The notes below the pieces were generated by a model that made no database searches, was not told the origin of the DNA, and worked only from the letters and a program-made list of their open reading frames with translations. Both the position numbers and the translations under genes were made by a program. A stretch of 64,000 nt of DNA from a virus (lineage: Duplodnaviria; Caudoviricetes): the IMG/VR virus record IMGVR_UViG_3300027747_002427. One strand, written 5' to 3'. This document shows positions 9,768 to 19,351 of this stretch, piece by piece. How positions within the stretch are numbered: the first letter of the stretch is position 1; each line of letters begins with the position of its first letter.

Positions 9768-10886
9768 TCAGACTCTCAACGTCTTTCCTAAGCTAGTAAC
9801 TGTAGCTTTGTTTCCGTGAACCACAATAGGTTCTACACCAATTACATCATCTGTGTAATTGATAATTGAGAATCCGTTTTGCCAATTACAATTAGGAGCA
9901 TAGTCTGGATCCATCTTACAAGCACAAGCATTCTCATAGTTAGTATTATAAATGTCTCCGCGAAGACCAGCTGCTGGAATTCTTTGACAAGTCATTCCCA
10001 TTCTATGAGTATGATTAGTCATAGTAGAAGTCATCTTCTTCTCCCACTCTCCACGAGCAGACATAGCTCCAATCTTTCTAACAACTGTTCCGTGATAGAC
10101 AATAAAGTTTGTTGGAAGAATAACCTCATCAACTAACTTGATTCTACTCCAGGACTCCTTAGGAAAGAAAAGATTCTGATATGAAAGTTCATCTTTAGCA
10201 ATCTCTGCTAACTCTCCAAGCTGAGCACTAAGATATCTCCAAAGCCTTCCTTCAACGGAATTACCGGAATGATTAGCATTAGTCTCTAAAATCTCTGAAC
10301 CAAATGGTTCTGTAACATCATGAAGAAGCTTTAAGAATTTATGATATGCTTCTCTCTCCTTAATAAGACTTTGCTTGTAACGAGCGTCCTTTGGATACTT
10401 GCTTACTGCAAACATATCCATAGTATCTCCATTGAGAATAACCTTCTCTGGTTTAGTCTCTGCAACGGTTTGTAAGAAAAGGTCTAAAGTATTCCAATCC
10501 TCACAACCAAAATGTGTATCTCCAATAACACAAGCAATCTTATTAGCTTCTTGTCTTACCTTTGTTCTCTCTGGTGCTGGATAAACAATAGGTGCTAACT
10601 CTTGAATAAACTGTTTAGCATCCCTATCTTGAGCAGATTGTGATAGAATAGAAGCAATGGGATCAGCTGGAACATAAACATCTTCACCATCTAATTCTCC
10701 ATCCTCTGTATAGTATTCATCTACAATAGTAGTAACTGTATGATGCTTACGACCTGATACCCAATCAAATATAGTTGATCTAGGTACTCCTAGAAGATTA
10801 GATATTTCAGTCTTAGACTTACCTTGTTGAAAGAGTTCCTGTGCTAAGGATTTCTTCTGATCGCGTGTTAGAATGTTATTAGACAT
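9768..10886 (-). CDS. Calcineurin-like metallophosphoesterase with N-terminal HTH
   Basis: GDTH, NGDTMD, NANH, HGT and HTHR motifs; KTEISNLLGVPRSTIFDW HTH. Confidence 0.75.
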   Translation of the reverse strand: MSNNILTRDQKKSLAQELFQQGKSKTEISNLLGVPRSTIFDWVSGRKHHTVTTIVDEYYTEDGELDGEDVYVPADPIASILSQSAQDRDAKQFIQELAPIVYPAPERTKVRQEANKIACVIGDTHFGCEDWNTLDLFLQTVAETKPEKVILNGDTMDMFAVSKYPKDARYKQSLIKEREAYHKFLKLLHDVTEPFGSEILETNANHSGNSVEGRLWRYLSAQLGELAEIAKDELSYQNLFFPKESWSRIKLVDEVILPTNFIVYHGTVVRKIGAMSARGEWEKKMTSTMTNHTHRMGMTCQRIPAAGLRGDIYNTNYENACACKMDPDYAPNCNWQNGFSIINYTDDVIGVEPIVVHGNKATVTSLGKTLRV

Positions 10887-10983
10887 TGTTTCTATATTAA
10901 TAAAGCTTTACGATATATCAAGTATTAATTTTAAAGGATTCTTTTGGGTTGATCTTTCCCTAATTATTACATATTATATATAC

Positions 10984-11610
10984 ATGAAGAATAACAACAA
11001 CCTAACAGAAGCATACACCGCAGTTTATATGGAGAACATCACCACCGAGACTGGTGCAGAGCACACCCAGGAACTCATCACCCAGCTCCTTGATTATCTT
11101 AGCAAGGGGCAGACTATTGCATCCTTCTTGTACAAGTCCAAAGGGCTTGGTGAAACCGCTCTTTACAATGTTCATTTGAATGTTGACTATAAGAAGGCTA
11201 AGGAAGAAGACTATAAGAAGCTCGAGGCTTATGAGCCAGAGACAGAATTGGAAGGTCAAGCCAAGGAGCACCTCCTTAATCTCTATCGTAATCCTAAGGC
11301 TCGCACACAGAAGCAAATGGATACCTACACCAATTATGGCAAAGGTATCAGGGTTAATAATAACAACGGCTTGTTGCATCTCTTTGGTTATAAGATCAAC
11401 AAGAGCACAGTTGCCGATGGTGTCGAGAAGAAAGACACTCGTAAGGAGCTTACAAAGGCTTGCGACGACCTCAAAGCCAAGCTTAACTTCCTTCACCAGA
11501 AGATTCGTGATTTTATTCTTGATCCTCAACACATTGCAGGTCTCAAAGCTAAGGGTAATGTGATTGAATTCCAACAGGATGACAATGGTGATAGCACCGG
11601 AGGAGTGTAA
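10984..11610 (+). CDS. Hypothetical protein (start reassigned to MKNNNNLTEAY)
   Basis: TTGATC(10949)-17-TATTAT-6 nt-ATG(10984); GC-richer codon usage than its neighbours. Confidence 0.6.
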   Translation: MKNNNNLTEAYTAVYMENITTETGAEHTQELITQLLDYLSKGQTIASFLYKSKGLGETALYNVHLNVDYKKAKEEDYKKLEAYEPETELEGQAKEHLLNLYRNPKARTQKQMDTYTNYGKGIRVNNNNGLLHLFGYKINKSTVADGVEKKDTRKELTKACDDLKAKLNFLHQKIRDFILDPQHIAGLKAKGNVIEFQQDDNGDSTGGV

Positions 11611-11618
11611 ATAGTTTA

Positions 11619-12590
11619 GTGAATTTTAAAGAATTCTTTAAAGAAGCTAAATACCATCCTTCTAGAGCAGCAGGTCGCATATACAAAGCACCTAAAACCT
11701 GGAAGGATGTATTCTTTATCGAAAAGGATACAGCAAAGGAACCAGTTGAGAATTATAAGTTTACAGAAAATAAAACAGATAATACTATAGCTCGACTCTT
11801 TGGTTCTTTAAAGAAAGGTAATGTTCATGCCGCTAGTGTCTATGATTCACTTGTAAACACGACATCAGATTTAAAGTTATTCCTTTTCCATTTATCTAAA
11901 TCAAGAAGAGACTCTGATAAAAAATCAGAAGATCCAGTTACATTAAGATTAAGAAAAGAATATTACGATTCGGTTGTAGATAATACAGCTGCTATAGTTA
12001 ATAATTTATTAATTGAAAAACCTGATTCAACAGTTTTGTATATTCATTCAAGATCTCCTTTTAACGAAGCAGTTAAAGATAAAGTAGGAGCAACCGATAA
12101 ACAATTAGTACCTAAGAATACTTTAGGTGATCTAGTAGAAAGATATAGAAAAGATCCTTATTGTATTGATAAATTAGTTTCTGCTAAGAACACATCAGTT
12201 GCTAGAAAAGATATAGCCAAAGATGCTTTGATAAAACTTTTAAATATATCTAAAGACGATGAAGAATTAAAAAATGAACCCCTTTCTGTAGAAAAAATAT
12301 CAAAACTTATTATAGATAAAGATCTTATAGATTTAAATAAAGTAGCTTCTGGTGATATACAATTTGCTTCAAGATCAAATTATCTTCAAGCAGCATTTCT
12401 TCCGGAAGGTTTCTTTAATTTTGAAAATGTAAAATTAGAAAACAAATCTGTAATAGTTATAGACGATAATATTAATACCAAAGCAACCTATGATGAGATC
12501 AATCAAAAGATCAAAGAGAAGTATGGATACAAAAATATTGATTGGGTCGTTGGAGTTATTCCTAACGATGTATTACAAACTATAAAATAA
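11619..12590 (+). CDS. PRTase-like protein with capsid-targeting-like N-terminus
   Basis: VIVIDDNINTKAT resembles the PRPP-binding loop; starts MNFKEFFKEA (GTG start). Confidence 0.5.
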   Translation: MNFKEFFKEAKYHPSRAAGRIYKAPKTWKDVFFIEKDTAKEPVENYKFTENKTDNTIARLFGSLKKGNVHAASVYDSLVNTTSDLKLFLFHLSKSRRDSDKKSEDPVTLRLRKEYYDSVVDNTAAIVNNLLIEKPDSTVLYIHSRSPFNEAVKDKVGATDKQLVPKNTLGDLVERYRKDPYCIDKLVSAKNTSVARKDIAKDALIKLLNISKDDEELKNEPLSVEKISKLIIDKDLIDLNKVASGDIQFASRSNYLQAAFLPEGFFNFENVKLENKSVIVIDDNINTKATYDEINQKIKEKYGYKNIDWVVGVIPNDVLQTIK

Positions 12591-12591
12591 T

Positions 12592-13191
12592 ATGCAATTT
12601 AAAGAATTTATTAAAGAAGAAAGGAATGTAACGCCCGACATTAGAGATCACAATCTAGTTATTCTTTATGGTATGCCGGCTTCAGGTAAGTCAGCGGTTC
12701 TTAAATATGGTTTGATTAATCTTCCTAACATTCAAGTATTAACATCAGACAAGTGGACAGAGCTATTGGCTCGCAAAGAAAAGAAAGACTTGTCCAATCC
12801 GGAGAACACTAATGAATTGCATCATAGAGTATCTCCAAAGTTTGATAAACATCGTTACAATGCTACACACGTACGCAATAGGTCTAATATAGTTATAGAA
12901 AAGATTGGTAGTAGCTATCAAAAGCTTTTGGAACTTATAAATCAATCACAAGCAGATGGCTTTAGAATTGTATTAGTTTGGGTTAAAGTAGATTTAAAAA
13001 CATCTATAGAATCCAATCAAAGAAGAAATAGAAATGTTCCGGAAGAAAGAATTATGAATTCATATAAAAATACAGAATTACATTTCAATCAATTAGTTGA
13101 TAAAGTTGAAGAAGCATGGATCATAGATAATGACACGCATCCAAATTTCAATGACTTTAGAACTTCAAAATATATTAAAAGAATAAAATGA
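12592..13191 (+). CDS. P-loop kinase (AAA_33/zeta-toxin-like) with capsid-targeting-like N-terminus
   Basis: GMPASGKS Walker A; SIESNQRRNRNVPEE lid; starts MQFKEFIKEE. Confidence 0.7.
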   Translation: MQFKEFIKEERNVTPDIRDHNLVILYGMPASGKSAVLKYGLINLPNIQVLTSDKWTELLARKEKKDLSNPENTNELHHRVSPKFDKHRYNATHVRNRSNIVIEKIGSSYQKLLELINQSQADGFRIVLVWVKVDLKTSIESNQRRNRNVPEERIMNSYKNTELHFNQLVDKVEEAWIIDNDTHPNFNDFRTSKYIKRIK

Positions 13192-13674
13192 GAGAACAAA
13201 TAACAGAAAGTGATATGCCATTGATTTTAAAGGAGTTACAAGCATACAAAGGATCTCCTTGCGAATTATTAAAAGACGATAACGCAAGTGCATTAGCAAA
13301 GAATTGGGTTAATGCTTGGGGACCATTCTGTGAGTATTCTCAAAACCTAGAAGAGTATTACCCATTGCCTTTAAACAATTTATGACATTAGAAGAAGAAA
13401 AAAACTACTGGAAAGAACTAGTCGAACAAATGGCTGGTAGCATGGACAAGACAGCTATGGAATTATATAAATGGCAAGAGATTGCAGCACGTCTTGTGGA
13501 ACATATTAATCCTTATTTGGATTGGCCAGAAGATCCAAAGATGTTAGCAACCTATGCAACTCTTAAAGATTATTATTATTTAAAAAATAATGTAAAAAGA
13601 AGTTGCAATGACCAGCAATTGGAGTTAATATAAATAAATAAGAATAGATCTTTGATAATACATTTTAAAAATTG

Positions 13675-13910
13675 CCAGTGTGGAAACACCGAGTAGATGA
13701 TTAAGTGGCTGCTTAATCTCTACAAGCTCTCAGCCAAAGAGGCTGGCTTATAATATAAAAAGTCTTTCATACCAATAATTTCTTTAGTAATGCTACTGGA
13801 GTAACCCCTCCAACCGTCTCAAGTCGGAGCAAAATGCAGAGAGATAAAGAAAATAAGTAGACTCGTTGATCCCGTCGATACCTACTAGTGGTGAGGGATA
13901 ACGTATAAAA
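13675..13910 (+). ncRNA. Candidate ~240-nt structured RNA
   Basis: ORF-free; GTGT-GGAA-ACAC, GTAGA-GATTAAG/CTTAATC-TCTAC, CAGCC/GGCTG, TTTCTTTA/TAAAGAAA and AGTAG/CTACT helices; followed by a terminator. Confidence 0.45.
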
Positions 13911-13911
13911 G

Positions 13912-13958
13912 AAAAATAGGAGCTAAGGTTTTAGTCAAGCCAAGGCTCCTATTTTTTT
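13912..13958 (+). terminator. Intrinsic terminator
   Basis: AAAAATAGGAGC...GCTCCTATTTTTTT. Confidence 0.75.
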
Positions 13959-13996
13959 ATCTTGACCTTCCTCTAATAATTTAATATTATATATAG

Positions 13997-14395
13997 ATGA
14001 TCAGCACCACAATACCTTATCAATACAATGACGGTGGCTTCAAAGATTCTGGTATCCAGGATACTAATAATTGTACTATCGTAGCGTTCGCTATCATTAC
14101 AGGGCTAGATTATACTATTGCAGATCGCATTGGAGTTAAGACCAAAAGAGTTCGTCGCCGTGGACATTGGCCAGAGAAGATGGTAAACTATTCTAAAAGA
14201 GTTCATGGACTTAAATTTCGAAAGTTTAAATTCGCTTCTATTACCTTACAGAAGTTTCTCAAGAGGTTTCCGACCGGTAGATACTATGTTGCTAATAGAA
14301 GTCATTGCTTCGCTATTATTGATGGAGTTATCCATGATCATGGCATGTTGGTCAAACCCTTTCAAATTATTAAAGAAGCCTGGCAAGTACTATGA
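13997..14395 (+). CDS. Conserved phage hypothetical protein
   Basis: NNCTIVAFA...SHCFAIIDGVIHD (Cys/His/Asp); early promoter copy TTGACC(13962)-17-TATTAT-6 nt-ATG. Confidence 0.6.
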   Translation: MISTTIPYQYNDGGFKDSGIQDTNNCTIVAFAIITGLDYTIADRIGVKTKRVRRRGHWPEKMVNYSKRVHGLKFRKFKFASITLQKFLKRFPTGRYYVANRSHCFAIIDGVIHDHGMLVKPFQIIKEAWQVL

Positions 14396-14742
14396 GAAAC
14401 CTAAAATTATATTTCGCAAGATTCATACCTAAGAGAGGTGGAGCCGGAGAGTTCTATAAGTTTGGACACACTCATCATTATGATTTCATGAAGAGATTTA
14501 AAGAGGACAAATATAAAGACTGGTATGTAAGTCCTATGACTTCTGCATACGGACCAGAGGACGAAGTGTTAAAAGCTGAACAAGAGCTATTAGCAAAGTA
14601 TCCTAAGAACATTTATATCGAGGAGAAGATAGTAGGAGTCACAGAGATCTTTGTTCCTAAGGACCAGAGAGAGATACAAGAGATATTTAAATACTTTGAA
14701 ACAAAGCGTTCGCTATGGTATAATTTAAGAAGCTTGAAATGA
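14392..14742 (+). CDS. Possible GIY-YIG/T5orf172-like protein
   Basis: FYKFGHT...KRF...AEQELL...GVTEIF pattern. Confidence 0.35.
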   Translation: MRNLKLYFARFIPKRGGAGEFYKFGHTHHYDFMKRFKEDKYKDWYVSPMTSAYGPEDEVLKAEQELLAKYPKNIYIEEKIVGVTEIFVPKDQREIQEIFKYFETKRSLWYNLRSLK

Positions 14743-14966
14743 AAACAGATGAACAACTACACATTAAGTTTAAGGGTCAAGATTACAATGTCTTCTATAA
14801 TGCTGAAGATAATCAATTGGTTATTGGAATAAAGAAGTTCCAAGGCCAGGACATTAATGTAGATGAAGATATGGAAAGGGTATTTGCTTTGAATGAATAC
14901 CTAAGGCTAGAAGGATTCTTTCCACAATATTTTGAAATGTTGGACTAATTATTATAAGTAATAAAG

Positions 14967-15440
14967 ATGAAAGACCATGATCAAATTATATTAGAACAAG
15001 CTTATACTAATAAGATTGTTAAGCCTCGTAAGATTCTCTTAGAAGACTTAGCTGACAATGAGTATGAAGCAGAAGTAGAATTAGATTTATTCCATTCCAG
15101 AGAGCCTAATGGATATTCTTTAGATGATTATGGCATTAAGGTTAGAGTTCGTTATACCTTAGAGCTTGATATAAGAAGCTATGGTATCAAAGATGTTTCT
15201 GTATATGGTTTAAAGATAGATCCTTTTACAGTAGATTGGTATGAGGGAGAAGAAGGTGAGAAGCCAGCTCCTATTGAGGTCAATGTAGAAGATGCTAGTG
15301 GCATTAAGATAGATACCGGAAGTGATCGTAGTATTACATTACCATTCTATCCGGTGACCTTAGAGCTTCATTTGGATGATAATTTCAAAGTAATACCTGA
15401 GCAGTCTTCTTTAATATTCAATCAGAGTAACGGGTTGTAA
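14967..15440 (+). CDS. Hypothetical protein with DQIILEQAY N-terminal motif
   Basis: TAAGTA 6 nt upstream of the ATG. Confidence 0.55.
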   Translation: MKDHDQIILEQAYTNKIVKPRKILLEDLADNEYEAEVELDLFHSREPNGYSLDDYGIKVRVRYTLELDIRSYGIKDVSVYGLKIDPFTVDWYEGEEGEKPAPIEVNVEDASGIKIDTGSDRSITLPFYPVTLELHLDDNFKVIPEQSSLIFNQSNGL

Positions 15441-15629
15441 TTGGTTTAAAACCTATTATAATAGTATTATGAAATGTGCAATATTCATAGCTATTGGTTT
15501 TCTTATTTGTTTATATATAAAGACAGAAGACTTTAAGAAGATTAAACTACCGATTGACTTACCTAATTTTAGGTATCACGTTGATCTTATCAAGAAGTAA
15601 TACCCCATTCCATATGGATAAGTATCTAT

Positions 15630-15812
15630 ATGGAATCTCCAAGCCCAGAAGTTCTTGTTGAGCTTCTATTAAAGAACAAGAAGTCACCAGAATACATTAT
15701 AGAGATATTAGTTAATATACTCAAGCAACAGATGATGTATGGAGGTTCTGTGAGTGATAAGCTAGACTATGAAATTCATAGAGCTAAGCAAGACTCTTAT
15801 TTCCTAACGTAG
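15630..15812 (+). CDS. Small protein of the local KSP[DE]YII paralog family
   Basis: Aligns by eye with ORF 19352 and an internal segment of ORF 32795. Confidence 0.5.
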   Translation: MESPSPEVLVELLLKNKKSPEYIIEILVNILKQQMMYGGSVSDKLDYEIHRAKQDSYFLT

Positions 15813-16429
15813 ATATAGTAACGATCTTGGTTTGTATCTATAGTACCGAAGTCCCAGGAGAGCTGTTTAGAGAAATAAGGAGACATACGATCATAGAGTC
15901 TGACTCTTGAGGGTTCTGCCTTAGAAGCTGAGAGTACAACTACGTTAATGTCGGGAATGTTTATACGTTTGAGATCCCCTTTGTCTTCCAGTGGCTTTAA
16001 AGTATCAAGACTTAGAGACTTTGGCCAGAGAACATCTTTCTTAGTTCTCTTAAATAGGATAGCCTTTTTGTAAACAAAGTCCTTGAGAGAAGACATAACC
16101 GTGCCGAATACTTGAGGAGATGACCCGGAACCCGTTAAGGCATGAGGATCCTTTTCGTCGTCTTCATAACCTTCTTCATTAAAGGATAGTATATAGGGAG
16201 CATTATTCTCTAAGGCTTTCTTGATATTAGGAGATAGCGTATCAACTTCCGTAGTAGAAAAGGTATCATAGATATAGGTTCTCAATAGATTAATAGCATA
16301 GTTAACATTAGATGGAGAAGTAAAGGAGCTTCTGTACATCTCATCACTTAAGAGTTCTATCCAACAAGAAGATGATGGACTATCGAATAGCTCTAATAAT
16401 AGAGAATGGACTTGTTTATCAAATTTCAT
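15797..16429 (-). CDS. Hypothetical protein with MKFD...LLLE N-terminal motif
   Basis: 210-aa ORF. Confidence 0.55.
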   Translation of the reverse strand: MKFDKQVHSLLLELFDSPSSSCWIELLSDEMYRSSFTSPSNVNYAINLLRTYIYDTFSTTEVDTLSPNIKKALENNAPYILSFNEEGYEDDEKDPHALTGSGSSPQVFGTVMSSLKDFVYKKAILFKRTKKDVLWPKSLSLDTLKPLEDKGDLKRINIPDINVVVLSASKAEPSRVRLYDRMSPYFSKQLSWDFGTIDTNQDRYYIYVRK

Positions 16430-16683
16430 TTCTTTTTCCAGGAGATACGTTTAGATCCCTTCTTGAGCTTCTTTCTATTATTACACATGGCCATAGTAGG
16501 TCGACAAGCTGGATAACCTTTACGCTTCTCTCCTGCTTGACGACCACAGGACTTACCAGTCTTGCAATCCACCCAGCCCTTGTGACCATCGGCTCCTCGG
16601 CGAGAGAACCAGCCATGAAGACCCTGTTCTTTTTCTTTCTCAAAGCCTTCTAAGATAGTAGTAACTAAAGAATCAAATCTCAT
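16426..16683 (-). CDS. Small basic Cys-containing protein (start reassigned to MRFDSLVTTILE)
   Basis: WVDCKTGKSCGR...YPACRP motif; ATG overlaps the stop of the upstream ORF. Confidence 0.6.
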   Translation of the reverse strand: MRFDSLVTTILEGFEKEKEQGLHGWFSRRGADGHKGWVDCKTGKSCGRQAGEKRKGYPACRPTMAMCNNRKKLKKGSKRISWKKK

Positions 16684-16841
16684 TTCTTTTTCCAGATCTC
16701 TCCTCGGCGACATCTTACAACGGCACCCGACTTATAGGCCGAGGTCTTCTTTCCATAGACTGCATCGGCTTTTCTAAGACAACGATCTCGTTTGACCTTC
16801 TTTTCTTCTAGGATATTAGCTACTAAGGTATCAAACTTCAT
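16680..16841 (-). CDS. 53-aa basic protein missing from the ORF track
   Basis: MKFDTLVANILEEKKVKRDRCLRKADAVYGKKTSAYKSGAVVRCRRGEIWKKK; TAAATA upstream. Confidence 0.6.
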   Translation of the reverse strand: MKFDTLVANILEEKKVKRDRCLRKADAVYGKKTSAYKSGAVVRCRRGEIWKKK

Positions 16842-16909
16842 ATAGTATTATTTATAGTATTGTCGGGAGTTTTCTCCAATAATATAATATAGTAGAATAA
16901 ATAATAATA

Positions 16910-17359
16910 ATGAAATTCGATAGACTATTTAAACAATATAGTGAAGGTTATAGAAGACCCTCATATCTTCCTCATTATACTAAGACCTGGCATGATTATA
17001 GAGATCAACAAAACGATCGCAATCATGGACTCGAAAGAGAAGAAGAACCATTAATACCTGCTGGGTATTATAAAAGTAACCCGGAAACCGATCTTAAAAC
17101 CCAAGTATTAAGAAACAAACGTACCGGAAAATATATGATGGCCAGAGAAGATAAAACCAAAATTGCTACCTTTAAGTCTATTAGTCACGCAAAGAATGTC
17201 TTGAGTAAATTTAAATTCGGTGCCAATGATATGGAGATAGTCGCCGCGGATAGTTTATCAGAACCCGACAAGGAAAAAATATATCAAGCACCAAGACAAC
17301 CAGATAAATTTAAAACTATCTGGGGAGTACCTAATGTCCCAGGCGGAGATATAGATTAA
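16910..17359 (+). CDS. Hypothetical protein with MKFD N-terminal motif
   Basis: 149-aa ORF preceded by TAAATA. Confidence 0.55.
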   Translation: MKFDRLFKQYSEGYRRPSYLPHYTKTWHDYRDQQNDRNHGLEREEEPLIPAGYYKSNPETDLKTQVLRNKRTGKYMMAREDKTKIATFKSISHAKNVLSKFKFGANDMEIVAADSLSEPDKEKIYQAPRQPDKFKTIWGVPNVPGGDID

Positions 17360-17918
17360 TACAACCCTATAAAATAATAGAACATTAGATTCTATTAAAG
17401 TATTATATAGAATAGTATATAGTATAGAATTGATATAACCGATTTAATAGCACTCTATGATTTAATACAACATGATGTTCTATTAACGCATTTTTACTAT
17501 CATAACCAAGAAAAAATACCCCCTTTCAATAAAGAAAAGTTGTTAAAAATAAGGGAAAAGTTGTTAAAAATAAAGAAAAAGTATTCTTTTCCCGGGAATT
17601 ATATTCTAGTAATAATACCCCTTATAAGAAGAAACCTATTATGTTATAGTATAAAATAAAGCTAATAACACCTTTTCCTCCTATATAAACAACTCTATAT
17701 ACTTTCTCAATTAGCTATTAATAGCACTTTAAGCAAGTCAAATCAAGTATACGTTCCACAAAATCCCTTATAGCTCATATAAAGACTATTAAGTTACATA
17801 AGAATCTATATAAAGACTTTAAACCCCCAAAATATTTCCTCGGTTCTTTCCCGGGAAAACATAAAGAGAAAAAGTGTATAAACCTTCCGCCCCCCAAATT
17901 TTTCCCCAGACCAATTTA

Positions 17919-17947
17919 ATTTTATAGGAATTTTAGGGAAAAGTCAA
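17919..17947 (-). promoter_or_regulatory. ORF-less copy of the early promoter repeat
   Basis: TTGACT-tttccctaaaattccta(17)-TAAAAT on the minus strand. Confidence 0.6.
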
Positions 17948-17996
17948 GGAAAAAGGAGGATATTAGGAAACCCCACCCAGATAGAGGGGTATTTGA

Positions 17997-18080
17997 TAAC
18001 GACCGGTTGTTAACTTTTTTAACGACCGGTCGTTGAGATTTATAACGTCCGGTCGTTAATTTCTTAATGACCGGTCGCTA
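17997..18080. repeat. Four tandem 16-bp palindromes, consensus TAACGACCGGTCGTTA
   Basis: Copies at 17997, 18020, 18043 and 18065 (period 23/23/22). Confidence 0.9.
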
Positions 18081-18143
18081 GAGATTTTGGATTTAGGTAT
18101 TCTAAAGTGGGGGAAAGGGAAACTCACGTCAAAAATTCTAGGC

Positions 18144-18172
18144 TTGACCTTTCCAGAGAATTCCTATATAAT
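18144..18172 (+). promoter_or_regulatory. ORF-less promoter copy (convergent pair, left)
   Basis: TTGACC-17-TATAAT. Confidence 0.75.
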
Positions 18173-18207
18173 ACCCTAGGTGCAGCCGGCATTTGGGGTC
18201 CAGTTCA

Positions 18208-18236
18208 ATTATATAGGATAATAGGGGAAAGGTCAA
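18208..18236 (-). promoter_or_regulatory. ORF-less promoter copy (convergent pair, right)
   Basis: TTGACC-17-TATAAT on the minus strand. Confidence 0.75.
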
Positions 18237-18350
18237 GCTTCGAATGCGCTAGGAATTTGAGCAGCCTCCAGTACCCTACCCTCGGATTGTCACACCCTGT
18301 TCGCCCTGTTATTTCGGATCGAGGCTCTTCCGTGTTCTGATTATGTATAT

Positions 18351-18379
18351 ATTCTATAGCAATATGGGGGAAACCTCAA
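18351..18379 (-). promoter_or_regulatory. ORF-less promoter copy
   Basis: TTGAGG-tttcccccatattgcta(17)-TAGAAT-ATATAC followed by ATA instead of ATG. Confidence 0.65.
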
Positions 18380-18437
18380 GCCTATAATTTCTCAGAATCT
18401 TCTTTTCTTTTCCTACAATCCCTATTATAATAAGGGC

Positions 18438-18617
18438 ATGAAAAATAACAACACCACAGTAGACGAGTATTACGAGAACGTGATGAAGGCCGCTAAGACC
18501 CTGGAGGAGTACTATGAGAAGATGGCTAACTTCACTCCAGTTCCCGAGAACAAGAAGACCTATCAGATGTTTAGGAGGGAGATGAGGGATCTTTGGAAGA
18601 CCCACGCTGCCTATTAA
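18438..18617 (+). CDS. Cassette gene, 59 aa (MKNNNT...), missing from the ORF track
   Basis: TATAAT-6 nt-ATG; GC3-rich codons. Confidence 0.7.
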   Translation: MKNNNTTVDEYYENVMKAAKTLEEYYEKMANFTPVPENKKTYQMFRREMRDLWKTHAAY

Positions 18618-18656
18618 GATCTTGAGTTTTCCCACAATAACCTATATACTAAGAGT

Positions 18657-18896
18657 ATGAAAAATAAAAACAAGTACCCCATCAACGGATCGATCATGGA
18701 AGGCGTTAGTGTTCGCACAGGCGTCCATCAATATGATGATAAGAATAGAACGGTAGTAGAATTGACCTTCCAGGGCTATAATAGCTCCTATGTCCAGGTC
18801 ATAGATATTAACACCGCGGCGAGCCTTATTAAACAGCTTAGGGAGCAAGGTATTGCCCAGGCTGAGTATATTACAGCCGCCGAGGTATTCGCTTGA
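18657..18896 (+). CDS. Cassette gene (MKNK)
   Basis: Promoter repeat upstream; stop lies in the next -35 box. Confidence 0.75.
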   Translation: MKNKNKYPINGSIMEGVSVRTGVHQYDDKNRTVVELTFQGYNSSYVQVIDINTAASLIKQLREQGIAQAEYITAAEVFA

Positions 18897-18927
18897 TCTT
18901 TCCCCCTAAAACCTATATACTAATAGT

Positions 18928-19176
18928 ATGAAAAATAAAGAATACACCATCAATACAGATCCCAAGGGCCTCGACTACATCATTGGTAACTACCATATGT
19001 ATCGAAGCGATGTCTACGATGCCTTGGAGAAGCTTCAGCAATACCTAGATGATTCTCACGTTAAAGCCGTTCTAGAGAGCGAGGATCCTGAGATTCAAGA
19101 GCGTTTGAGTGAGGAGTGCCTCCATCTTGACTTCACTACCTTTCTAGAGGATCTCAAAGGAGCCATGGGATACTAA
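18928..19176 (+). CDS. Cassette gene (MKNK)
   Basis: Promoter repeat upstream. Confidence 0.75.
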   Translation: MKNKEYTINTDPKGLDYIIGNYHMYRSDVYDALEKLQQYLDDSHVKAVLESEDPEIQERLSEECLHLDFTTFLEDLKGAMGY

Positions 19177-19351
19177 ATAGATATATGATCGAAGATACTA
19201 CCAAGCATCCGACTGGTGAGTTACCCCCTACTCCGGAGCCTCCTAAGTTCCCAGAGCCTGTGATAGCTCCCCCAGTACCTGCACCTACAAACGAATAACC
19301 CTATCACATTTGGTTCTTGAGTTTTCCCACTAAACCCTTTATACTTAAAGT

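Larger units (their letters stand above)
17360..18140. other. Long AT-rich non-coding region (candidate origin or genome-end region)
   Basis: No credible ORF; 19-bp direct repeat GAAAAGTTGTTAAAAATAA at 17534 and 17555; TTCCCGGGAA palindromes at 17589 and 17848. Confidence 0.5.

Noticed and set aside
13675-13910. RNase P RNA
   Set aside because: GGCTTAT and AAAGTC fragments are present but adjacent and in the wrong order for the P4 pseudoknot; no GAGGAAAGTCC.
17997-18080. Mini CRISPR array
   Set aside because: Repeats are 16 bp with only 6-7 nt between them, far too short for spacers, and no cas operon is present.
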